Below, piece after piece: positions 1 to 10,601 of a stretch of 64,000 bases of DNA. Every line of letters starts with the position of its first letter. The first letter of the stretch is position 1. Location: positions 73,036,001 to 73,100,000 of the forward strand of contig NC_086380.1 in assembly GCF_036588685.1 (NCBI RefSeq). Reading direction: 5' to 3'. Under the pieces are notes generated by a model. That model made no database searches, was not told the origin of the DNA, and worked only from the letters and a program-made list of their open reading frames with translations. The translations under genes and the position numbers were made by a program. Source of the DNA: Mytilus trossulus. Its lineage: Eukaryota.

Positions 1-2197
1 CAAAAACAGAAGTTGAAAAATGTGCTGAAAATGAAACAAAAACAGGGTAAGAATACTTTTTTTTGTTATTAAGCTTTCAAAAATAATTAAACTTGCTTAA
101 AAAAGTCACTTATAAACAACTATGAAGAAAAAGGCATGTGTCTTATATGCCAATTCTTTAAATGTGACAGCTGAAGAAAATGCAAGCTAGGATAATACTT
201 ATTTTTAAATTTCTAGTCCTATATATATTTTCAAGAATTAAATAGTGCATGATTTTTATATATAATATATATAAAAACACAGGCAAAGAAAAAAATATGC
301 ACTTTTGAGAGTAAATTTGATCAAAAAGCTTATTTAAAGAAAACACTATTGTAAGGGAGGTAATTCAAAATAAAATTATTTTCACCTTTCCAAAACTTAG
401 TTTTTACAAATAAAAAACTAATTCACTTCAATTTTGGCAACATTTTTCAACTTCAGGTCAGAGAAAAATAGTTTTCGACTCCTTCGGATCAATGAACTTG
501 AACAGATGTGGAATGAGGTTTTCATAGAACACAGAAAAATATCCCCTATGTGTACAGGGTTCATATCATGGGATTTAAGTGCAGAACAGCAAAGAGGGGC
601 TGCCTGGAGGGAAAAGGCAAGCTGCAATAAGTGTTCTTACCATTCAAAAATGTTCAACCTTTACAATGAGGTGATCGCAAAGAAACGTGGTCGTCGAACA
701 GCAGCTATTAATCTATCCATACAAGTCGCACTTAATCACATAGCTATCAGCACAACTGGTCTACAGAAATTATTTCTTGGTTCTAATATACCAGCTCCTT
801 CCACTTCAAGTATGCAACACAGTGCTAATGTTGTTTCTGAAATTATAGAAGAGTACAATCAAAAGGATTTGGTTCAGAAAAGAAAATTACTGAAGGAAAT
901 AAACATATTAAGAGGTGATAATCCTAATATTATTAACATTCAGGCCGACGGAATGTATAATAACCCTATTTATTCCGGAATGGGTAAAACACCATTTCAA
1001 CCAGCTACTCAATGTACGTATAACATGTTAGAAAATAATACTTATAAGCACAGTATTGTAAGCACAAGACAAGTGTCTAAGCTTTGCTCAAATAAGAGTG
1101 AACATAAAACAAAAACAAAAGTTAAATCTCACAAAGGTCACTGTTCCGCAAACATTGAAATGCATGACAGCATAGGCAGTGAGGAGCGATGGGCTAAAGA
1201 CTGCTTGTTAGACCTGAAAAATGATGGTCTGGAAGTTCAAGAAATTACCACTGACCCTGACAGCAGTGCATTTAGAGCTGCAGAGTCTCTCTTTAAAGCT
1301 GGTACAACCAATACTCAGCCAATTCATTTTCTAGATACGAGACATGTGTCCGCAAATCATAGAAATTTTATTAAAAAAATGTCAGGTCTGAAGGAAATAA
1401 TGCCGGCACGATTAGTTTCAGAGAAAGATAAAATGCTAAAAAGGTTTGCATTAGATATGGCAGCACGTTGTCAGGCAGAGTACAATGCTGCCTTTGATAA
1501 ATTCAATATGGACTCTGTACGGGTAAAAGTTCACCTATCATATGCATGTCATGCTATAGTTTCTTGCTATCAGGGCGATCATAATGGTTGTACAAAATAT
1601 TCCCTTGTTTGTTCAAATAGGAACAGTTTGAAGACATGGACTGAAAAATCAGCTTATCTGAAAAATAACTTTAAATTAAATAAATCAGAGAACACAGCAG
1701 CATTGTTACGTGAATGCGTAAAATATCGCCTTGGACCTACCATGCTAAACTGTACATGCAAAAACACTAACACACAAAAAGCTGAAGCAACTAACCGTGC
1801 AATACGTGCAACTGTACCTAGCAATGTAACATTTACCAGAAACTATAAAGGAAGGGTACATACAGCTATACATAACGTAAATAATGGCCCTGGAGAATCC
1901 ATCGTGAAACTCTGTCAAGCGGCTGGGGTTCCCATCGAACCAGGAAGTCGTGCTGCCCATGGTCTGAAAAATATTCAACAACATAATGAAAAACATAAAT
2001 CATATAAGCAGTCAAAGAAGTACACAGATCAGAGATGCTCAAAAAAACATGAACTGTATAAAATATATGATGAGCATCAAGAGGAAAAAGACTATGAGAA
2101 AAACAAACTTTTACCGACAAAACGACTGGCCGCAAAACAACCTCAAGAGTATTCGTTTGCCAAAAAACTCCGATCAAGACATGTTAAAAATAAATAA
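1..2197 (+). CDS. DDD/E transposase (Kolobok/Mutator-like), 5' partial: end of exon 1 (1-46), intron 47-456, exon 2 457-2197
   Basis: Putative catalytic motifs IQADG (D at 947-949), ITTDPDS (D at 1253-1255), FLDTRH (DxxH) and TQKAEATN (E at 1784-1786). N-terminal H/C...CNKC Zn-binding-like motif; basic C-terminus. Confidence 0.85.
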
Positions 2198-2207
2198 ATT
2201 ACCTGCA

Positions 2208-2666
2208 TCAGATAAGACAACACGGTAAATGATTATTTGTACACTGTTTTGCCCGTCTACAGAAAATTCTCTCTATGTTTATACTGTGCGACTCTAAGAT
2301 CAGGTGCTCCGGTTTAATACATTTGGGGTTATGGCAAAGGTGTGAAATATCTAAAGGATCACCGTTTGGAGAGAAACGGGGAAGATTTTCTTTTAATATT
2401 CTTTTATCTAGCATATAAGATAATCTGTGAGCTCTTTCAAGAGTTCTAGTGCCATCAGGCCAATTCATAACTTTTTTCCCATAGACCCCATGCTCCAAAG
2501 CTCCAACCCACACTGTACAGTCATAATTTCCATGATTTTTTTCACTTTTCTTAGACAAAGCTAAAGCCAATGCATTCCAAAATGATTCCATGTTGTTTCT
2601 GTAAAATGAAAACCCAAAAGGGGTCCGAAATTGGGATCCCAGGGAGGCTGAGGGGTGAATTCCCAT
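2208..2666 (-). CDS. His-Me finger / His-Cys box (I-PpoI-like HNH) endonuclease; probable true start is the ATG at 2591 (127 aa)
   Basis: Motifs CTVWVG...GVYG...AHRLSY...SHLCHNPKCIKPEHLILESHSINIERIFC, plus C-terminal C-x5-C-x3-H-x2-C. This is typical of Zn-binding His-Me homing-type endonucleases. Confidence 0.9.
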   Translation of the reverse strand: MGIHPSASLGSQFRTPFGFSFYRNNMESFWNALALALSKKSEKNHGNYDCTVWVGALEHGVYGKKVMNWPDGTRTLERAHRLSYMLDKRILKENLPRFSPNGDPLDISHLCHNPKCIKPEHLILESHSINIERIFCRRAKQCTNNHLPCCLI

Positions 2667-2673
2667 TATTTAC
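2599..2673 (-). other. Putative 75-nt 5'-UTR intron of the endonuclease gene (representative)
   Basis: Minus strand reads TATAAG|GTAAAT...GGTTTTCATTTTACAG|AAACAACATG: canonical donor, pyrimidine-rich acceptor, then ATG in AAC context. Confidence 0.6.
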
Positions 2674-3381
2674 CTTATACTGTACTTTCAAACCCCTTTT
2701 AGTATCAAAATATTCTTATATTCTTGTTGTTATATATGTAAGTAATAGAAAATAATAAGTTACAATGGTAGTTTTTTCATTATTGTATTTTTATAGTACT
2801 TCTAGTAACTATACCCTGTTTGCGGCAAGATGTGTTTTTTTCCTGTTCACTATTTTTTTTTTTTTTATGCAATTTATATTTTTTTTTGTCTACTTAATAA
2901 ACTCATTATATATTTGTGTTTTTCTTGTACCTTTGTGTAATAGCTATTTGAATCATGGTTAGTTTTACTACAATCTGTTTATTTTGTAGAATTTTTGTTT
3001 TCTTTATGTACTATACCATAAAATGCATAAAAAGTTGTCATACAAGCTTCAAAAAACTATCCCTATAACAAAAACATACACCTTATCTTTACTTTCTGTT
3101 TATGTTATAGCACACAAGCCTGTCAGCACTGATAAAAAAATTCAATGAAGAGAGGTCAAATTATATGAACTTGTCAAATTACAAAATAATGAGATTAACC
3201 ATCATGATGATTTTTATATGATTTATATAAAAAATCTTACATCTGGGGTCACCTTCAGTACCATCTGATATAAACAAAAAACTTAGTCATTCATGATTGT
3301 TTAGTTGTAAGGTCCTATATTTGTTATTTAAATATTAAAATACTGGAATAAAGTGCATTTCAAACAATTCTTACAATAACA

Positions 3382-5807
3382 ATGGGTCTAATCCCATGGC
3401 GTCTAAGGAAATACACATTTCAGAAAGGAAACAAGCCATATAATAAGGGGAAAAAATACAGAAATAAGACTTTACCTGCTGAAAAAGGCAAATTTGTGAG
3501 ACTACCAAAAGACTTGTATGACTTAGTGACTAAATCTGTTCATAATAAGAATGTTCAACTCATTCCTGCCTCTACAAAATCAGCTCGCTTTCTAAGGCCG
3601 AAGCCTCCGACAAAAACAGAAGTTGAAAAATGTGCTGAAAATGAAACAAAAACAGGGTAAGAATACTTTTTTTTGTTATTAAGCTTTCAAAAATAATTAA
3701 ACTTGCTTAAAAAAGTCACTTATAAACAACTATGAAGAAAAAGGCATGTGTCTTATATGCCAATTCTTTAAATGTGACAGCTGAAGAAAATGCAAGCTAG
3801 GATAATACTTATTTTTAAATTTCTAGTCCTATATATATTTTCAAGAATTAAATAGTGCATGATTTTTATATATAATATATATAAAAACACAGGCAAAGAA
3901 AAAAATATGCACTTTTGAGAGTAAATTTGATCATTAAGCTTATTTAAAGAAAACACTATTGTAAGGGAGGTAATTCAAAATAAAATTATTTTCACCTTTC
4001 CAAAACTTAGTTTTTACAAATAAAAAACTAATTCACTTCAATTTTGGCAACATTTTTCAACTTCAGGTCAGAGAAAAATAGTTTTCGACTCCTTCGGATC
4101 AATGAACTTGAACAGATGTGGAATGAGGTTTTCATAGAACACAGAAAAATATCCCCTATGTGTACAGGGTTCATATCATGGGATTTAAGTGCAGAACAGC
4201 AAAGAGGGGCTGCCTGGAGGGAAAAGGCAAGCTGCAATAAGTGTTCTTACCATTCAAAAATGTTCAACCTTTACAATGAGGTGATCGCAAAGAAACGTGG
4301 TCGTCGAACAGCAGCTATTAATCTATCCATACAAGTCGCACTTAATCACATAGCTATCAGCACAACTGGTCTACAGAAATTATTTCTTGGTTCTAATATA
4401 CCAGCTCCTTCCACTTCAAGTATGCAACACAGTGCTAATGTTGTTTCTGAAATTATAGAAGAGTACAATCAAAAGGATTTGGTTCAGAAAAGAAAATTAC
4501 TGAAGGAAATAAACATATTAAGAGGTGATAATCCTAATATTATTAACATTCAGGCCGACGGAATGTATAATAACCCTATTTATTCCGGAATGGGTAAAAC
4601 ACCATTTCAACCAGCTACTCAATGTACGTATAACATGTTAGAAAATAATACTTATAAGCACAGTATTGTAAGCACAAGACAAGTGTCTAAGCTTTGCTCA
4701 AATAAGAGTGAACATAAAACAAAAACAAAAGTTAAATCTCACAAAGGTCACTGTTCCGCAAACATTGAAATGCATGACAGCATAGGCAGTGAGGAGCGAT
4801 GGGCTAAAGACTGCTTGTTAGACCTGAAAAATGATGGTCTGGAAGTTCAAGAAATTACCACTGACCCTGACAGCAGTGCATTTAGAGCTGCAGAGTCTCT
4901 CTTTAAAGCTGGTACAACCAATACTCAGCCAATTCATTTTCTAGATACGAGACATGTGTCCGCAAATCATAGAAATTTTATTAAAAAAATGTCAGGTCTG
5001 AAGGAAATAATGCCGGCACGATTAGTTTCAGAGAAAGATAAAATGCTAAAAAGGTTTGCATTAGATATGGCAGCACGTTGTCAGGCAGAGTACAATGCTG
5101 CCTTTGATAAATTCAATATGGACTCTGTACGGGTAAAAGTTCACCTATCATATGCATGTCATGCTATAGTTTCTTGCTATCAGGGCGATCATAATGGTTG
5201 TACAAAATATTCCCTTGTTTGTTCAAATAGGAACAGTTTGAAGACATGGACTGAAAAATCAGCTTATCTGAAAAATAACTTTAAATTAAATAAATCAGAG
5301 AACACAGCAGCATTGTTACGTGAATGCGTAAAATATCGCCTTGGACCTACCATGCTAAACTGTACATGCAAAAACACTAACACACAAAAAGCTGAAGCAA
5401 CTAACCGTGCAATACGTGCAACTGTACCTAGCAATGTAACATTTACCAGAAACTATAAAGGAAGGGTACATACAGCTATACATAACGTAAATAATGGCCC
5501 TGGAGAATCCATCGTGAAACTCTGTCAAGCGGCTGGGGTTCCCATCGAACCAGGAAGTCGTGCTGCCCATGGTCTGAAAAATATTCAACAACATAATGAA
5601 AAACATAAATCATATAAGCAGTCAAAGAAGTACACAGATCAGAGATGCTCAAAAAAACATGAACTGTATAAAATATATGATGAGCATCAAGAGGAAAAAG
5701 ACTATGAGAAAAACAAACTTTTACCGACAAAACGACTGGCCGCAAAACAACCTCAAGAGTATTCGTTTGCCAAAAAACTCCGATCAAGACATGTTAAAAA
5801 TAAATAA
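3382..5807 (+). CDS. DDD/E transposase, join(3382..3656,4067..5807), 671 aa
   Basis: ATG in ACAATGG context; donor GG|GTAAGA; branch-like CTAAT at 4028-4032; acceptor TTTTTCAACTTCAG|G. The phase-2 splice joins the 92-aa and 587-aa ORFs in frame. DDE motifs as in copy 1. Confidence 0.87.
3657..4066 (+). other. 410-bp spliceosomal GT-AG intron of the transposase gene (representative; present in every unit)
   Basis: GTAAGA...CTAAT...TTTTTCAACTTCAG, very AT-rich; removal restores the reading frame. Confidence 0.85.
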
Positions 5808-5817
5808 ATTACCTGCA

Positions 5818-6276
5818 TCAGATAAGACAACACGGTAAATGATTATTTGTACACTGTTTTGCCCGTCTACAGAAAATTCTCTCTATGTTTATACTGTGCG
5901 ACTCTAAGATCAGGTGCTCCGGTTTAATACATTTGGGGTTATGGCAAAGGTGTGAAATATCTAAAGGATCACCGTTTGGAGAGAAACGGGGAAGATTTTC
6001 TTTTAATATTCTTTTATCTAGCATATAAGATAATCTGTGAGCTCTTTCAAGAGTTCTAGTGCCATCAGGCCAATTCATAACTTTTTTCCCATAGACCCCA
6101 TGCTCCAAAGCTCCAACCCACACTGTACAGTCATAATTTCCATGATTTTTTTCACTTTTCTTAGACAAAGCTAAAGCCAATGCATTCCAAAATGATTCCA
6201 TGTTGTTTCTGTAAAATGAAAACCCAAAAGGGGTCCGAAATTGGGATCCCAGGGAGGCTGAGGGGTGAATTCCCAT
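5818..6276 (-). CDS. His-Me finger endonuclease
   Basis: Identical copy of 2208-2666. Confidence 0.9.
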   Translation of the reverse strand: MGIHPSASLGSQFRTPFGFSFYRNNMESFWNALALALSKKSEKNHGNYDCTVWVGALEHGVYGKKVMNWPDGTRTLERAHRLSYMLDKRILKENLPRFSPNGDPLDISHLCHNPKCIKPEHLILESHSINIERIFCRRAKQCTNNHLPCCLI

Positions 6277-6991
6277 TATTTACCTTATACTGTACTTTCA
6301 AACCCCTTTTAGTATCAAAATATTCTTATATTCTTGTTGTTATATATGTAAGTAATAGAAAATAATAAGTTACAATGGTAGTTTTTTCATTATTGTATTT
6401 TTATAGTACTTCTAGTAACTATACCCTGTTTGCGGCAAGATGTGTTTTTTTCCTGTTCACTATTTTTTTTTTTTTTATGCAATTTATATTTTTTTTTGTC
6501 TACTTAATAAACTCATTATATATTTGTGTTTTTCTTGTACCTTTGTGTAATAGCTATTTGAATCATGGTTAGTTTTACTACAATCTGTTTATTTTGTAGA
6601 ATTTTTGTTTTCTTTATGTACTATACCATAAAATGCATAAAAAGTTGTCATACAAGCTTCAAAAAACTATCCCTATAACAAAAACATACACCTTATCTTT
6701 ACTTTCTGTTTATGTTATAGCACACAAGCCTGTCAGCACTGATAAAAAAATTCAATGAAGAGAGGTCAAATTATATGAACTTGTCAAATTACAAAATAAT
6801 GAGATTAACCATCATGATGATTTTTATATGATTTATATAAAAAATCTTACATCTGGGGTCACCTTCAGTACCATCTGATATAAACAAAAAACTTAGTCAT
6901 TCATGATTGTTTAGTTGTAAGGTCCTATATTTGTTATTTAAATATTAAAATACTGGAATAAAGTGCATTTCAAACAATTCTTACAATAACA

Positions 6992-9417
6992 ATGGGTCTA
7001 ATCCCATGGCGTCTAAGGAAATACACATTTCAGAAAGGAAACAAGCCATATAATAAGGGGAAAAAATACAGAAATAAGACTTTACCTGCTGAAAAAGGCA
7101 AATTTGTGAGACTACCAAAAGACTTGTATGACTTAGTGACTAAATCTGTTCATAATAAGAATGTTCAACTCATTCCTGCCTCTACAAAATCAGCTCGCTT
7201 TCTAAGGCCGAAGCCTCCGACAAAAACAGAAGTTGAAAAATGTGCTGAAAATGAAACAAAAACAGGGTAAGAATACTTTTTTTTGTTATTAAGCTTTCAA
7301 AAATAATTAAACTTGCTTAAAAAAGTCACTTATAAACAACTATGAAGAAAAAGGCATGTGTCTTATATGCCAATTCTTTAAATGTGACAGCTGAAGAAAA
7401 TGCAAGCTAGGATAATACTTATTTTTAAATTTCTAGTCCTATATATATTTTCAAGAATTAAATAGTGCATGATTTTTATATATAATATATATAAAAACAC
7501 AGGCAAAGAAAAAAATATGCACTTTTGAGAGTAAATTTGATCATTAAGCTTATTTAAAGAAAACACTATTGTAAGGGAGGTAATTCAAAATAAAATTATT
7601 TTCACCTTTCCAAAACTTAGTTTTTACAAATAAAAAACTAATTCACTTCAATTTTGGCAACATTTTTCAACTTCAGGTCAGAGAAAAATAGTTTTCGACT
7701 CCTTCGGATCAATGAACTTGAACAGATGTGGAATGAGGTTTTCATAGAACACAGAAAAATATCCCCTATGTGTACAGGGTTCATATCATGGGATTTAAGT
7801 GCAGAACAGCAAAGAGGGGCTGCCTGGAGGGAAAAGGCAAGCTGCAATAAGTGTTCTTACCATTCAAAAATGTTCAACCTTTACAATGAGGTGATCGCAA
7901 AGAAACGTGGTCGTCGAACAGCAGCTATTAATCTATCCATACAAGTCGCACTTAATCACATAGCTATCAGCACAACTGGTCTACAGAAATTATTTCTTGG
8001 TTCTAATATACCAGCTCCTTCCACTTCAAGTATGCAACACAGTGCTAATGTTGTTTCTGAAATTATAGAAGAGTACAATCAAAAGGATTTGGTTCAGAAA
8101 AGAAAATTACTGAAGGAAATAAACATATTAAGAGGTGATAATCCTAATATTATTAACATTCAGGCCGACGGAATGTATAATAACCCTATTTATTCCGGAA
8201 TGGGTAAAACACCATTTCAACCAGCTACTCAATGTACGTATAACATGTTAGAAAATAATACTTATAAGCACAGTATTGTAAGCACAAGACAAGTGTCTAA
8301 GCTTTGCTCAAATAAGAGTGAACATAAAACAAAAACAAAAGTTAAATCTCACAAAGGTCACTGTTCCGCAAACATTGAAATGCATGACAGCATAGGCAGT
8401 GAGGAGCGATGGGCTAAAGACTGCTTGTTAGACCTGAAAAATGATGGTCTGGAAGTTCAAGAAATTACCACTGACCCTGACAGCAGTGCATTTAGAGCTG
8501 CAGAGTCTCTCTTTAAAGCTGGTACAACCAATACTCAGCCAATTCATTTTCTAGATACGAGACATGTGTCCGCAAATCATAGAAATTTTATTAAAAAAAT
8601 GTCAGGTCTGAAGGAAATAATGCCGGCACGATTAGTTTCAGAGAAAGATAAAATGCTAAAAAGGTTTGCATTAGATATGGCAGCACGTTGTCAGGCAGAG
8701 TACAATGCTGCCTTTGATAAATTCAATATGGACTCTGTACGGGTAAAAGTTCACCTATCATATGCATGTCATGCTATAGTTTCTTGCTATCAGGGCGATC
8801 ATAATGGTTGTACAAAATATTCCCTTGTTTGTTCAAATAGGAACAGTTTGAAGACATGGACTGAAAAATCAGCTTATCTGAAAAATAACTTTAAATTAAA
8901 TAAATCAGAGAACACAGCAGCATTGTTACGTGAATGCGTAAAATATCGCCTTGGACCTACCATGCTAAACTGTACATGCAAAAACACTAACACACAAAAA
9001 GCTGAAGCAACTAACCGTGCAATACGTGCAACTGTACCTAGCAATGTAACATTTACCAGAAACTATAAAGGAAGGGTACATACAGCTATACATAACGTAA
9101 ATAATGGCCCTGGAGAATCCATCGTGAAACTCTGTCAAGCGGCTGGGGTTCCCATCGAACCAGGAAGTCGTGCTGCCCATGGTCTGAAAAATATTCAACA
9201 ACATAATGAAAAACATAAATCATATAAGCAGTCAAAGAAGTACACAGATCAGAGATGCTCAAAAAAACATGAACTGTATAAAATATATGATGAGCATCAA
9301 GAGGAAAAAGACTATGAGAAAAACAAACTTTTACCGACAAAACGACTGGCCGCAAAACAACCTCAAGAGTATTCGTTTGCCAAAAAACTCCGATCAAGAC
9401 ATGTTAAAAATAAATAA
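6992..9417 (+). CDS. DDD/E transposase, two exons (intron 7267-7676)
   Basis: Identical copy of 3382-5807. Confidence 0.87.
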
Positions 9418-9427
9418 ATTACCTGCA

Positions 9428-9886
9428 TCAGATAAGACAACACGGTAAATGATTATTTGTACACTGTTTTGCCCGTCTACAGAAAATTCTCTCTATGTTT
9501 ATACTGTGCGACTCTAAGATCAGGTGCTCCGGTTTAATACATTTGGGGTTATGGCAAAGGTGTGAAATATCTAAAGGATCACCGTTTGGAGAGAAACGGG
9601 GAAGATTTTCTTTTAATATTCTTTTATCTAGCATATAAGATAATCTGTGAGCTCTTTCAAGAGTTCTAGTGCCATCAGGCCAATTCATAACTTTTTTCCC
9701 ATAGACCCCATGCTCCAAAGCTCCAACCCACACTGTACAGTCATAATTTCCATGATTTTTTTCACTTTTCTTAGACAAAGCTAAAGCCAATGCATTCCAA
9801 AATGATTCCATGTTGTTTCTGTAAAATGAAAACCCAAAAGGGGTCCGAAATTGGGATCCCAGGGAGGCTGAGGGGTGAATTCCCAT
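9428..9886 (-). CDS. His-Me finger endonuclease
   Basis: Identical copy. Confidence 0.9.
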   Translation of the reverse strand: MGIHPSASLGSQFRTPFGFSFYRNNMESFWNALALALSKKSEKNHGNYDCTVWVGALEHGVYGKKVMNWPDGTRTLERAHRLSYMLDKRILKENLPRFSPNGDPLDISHLCHNPKCIKPEHLILESHSINIERIFCRRAKQCTNNHLPCCLI

Positions 9887-10601
9887 TATTTACCTTATAC
9901 TGTACTTTCAAACCCCTTTTAGTATCAAAATATTCTTATATTCTTGTTGTTATATATGTAAGTAATAGAAAATAATAAGTTACAATGGTAGTTTTTTCAT
10001 TATTGTATTTTTATAGTACTTCTAGTAACTATACCCTGTTTGCGGCAAGATGTGTTTTTTTCCTGTTCACTATTTTTTTTTTTTTTATGCAATTTATATT
10101 TTTTTTTGTCTACTTAATAAACTCATTATATATTTGTGTTTTTCTTGTACCTTTGTGTAATAGCTATTTGAATCATGGTTAGTTTTACTACAATCTGTTT
10201 ATTTTGTAGAATTTTTGTTTTCTTTATGTACTATACCATAAAATGCATAAAAAGTTGTCATACAAGCTTCAAAAAACTATCCCTATAACAAAAACATACA
10301 CCTTATCTTTACTTTCTGTTTATGTTATAGCACACAAGCCTGTCAGCACTGATAAAAAAATTCAATGAAGAGAGGTCAAATTATATGAACTTGTCAAATT
10401 ACAAAATAATGAGATTAACCATCATGATGATTTTTATATGATTTATATAAAAAATCTTACATCTGGGGTCACCTTCAGTACCATCTGATATAAACAAAAA
10501 ACTTAGTCATTCATGATTGTTTAGTTGTAAGGTCCTATATTTGTTATTTAAATATTAAAATACTGGAATAAAGTGCATTTCAAACAATTCTTACAATAAC
10601 A

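Larger units (their letters stand above)
2680..6285 (+). mobile_element. Representative INT unit (3,606 bp between TATA junctions 2676-2679 and 6286-6289) of a Kolobok-superfamily (KolobokP-like) DNA transposon
   Basis: Boundaries defined by the TATA at which the TIR-bearing module sits in other units. With these boundaries both genes are complete and convergent inside the unit. The INT has no TIRs of its own (starts CTGTACTTTC, ends ATTATTTACCT). Confidence 0.85.

Noticed and set aside
434-456. TTG start of the 587-aa ORF (prokaryote-style gene model)
   Set aside because: Lies in the polypyrimidine/acceptor region of a spliceosomal intron; an in-frame upstream ATG exon exists.
2668-2680. 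Minus-strand TAAGGTA at the junction resembles part of the I-PpoI rDNA target (CTCTCTTAAGGTAGC)
   Set aside because: Only 7 bp match, and it is adequately explained as a splice donor (AG|GTA); not evidence for a target site.
158-2962. Small ORFs of 61-103 aa (158-346, 418-627, 1745-1996, 1866-2177, 1986-2228, 2570-2755, 2765-2962) and their repeats
   Set aside because: Antisense or alternate-frame shadows of real genes, or low-complexity AT-rich intron/UTR sequence. The 65-aa ORF is lost by a 1-nt poly-T change in two units. Recurrence reflects only the tandem repeat.
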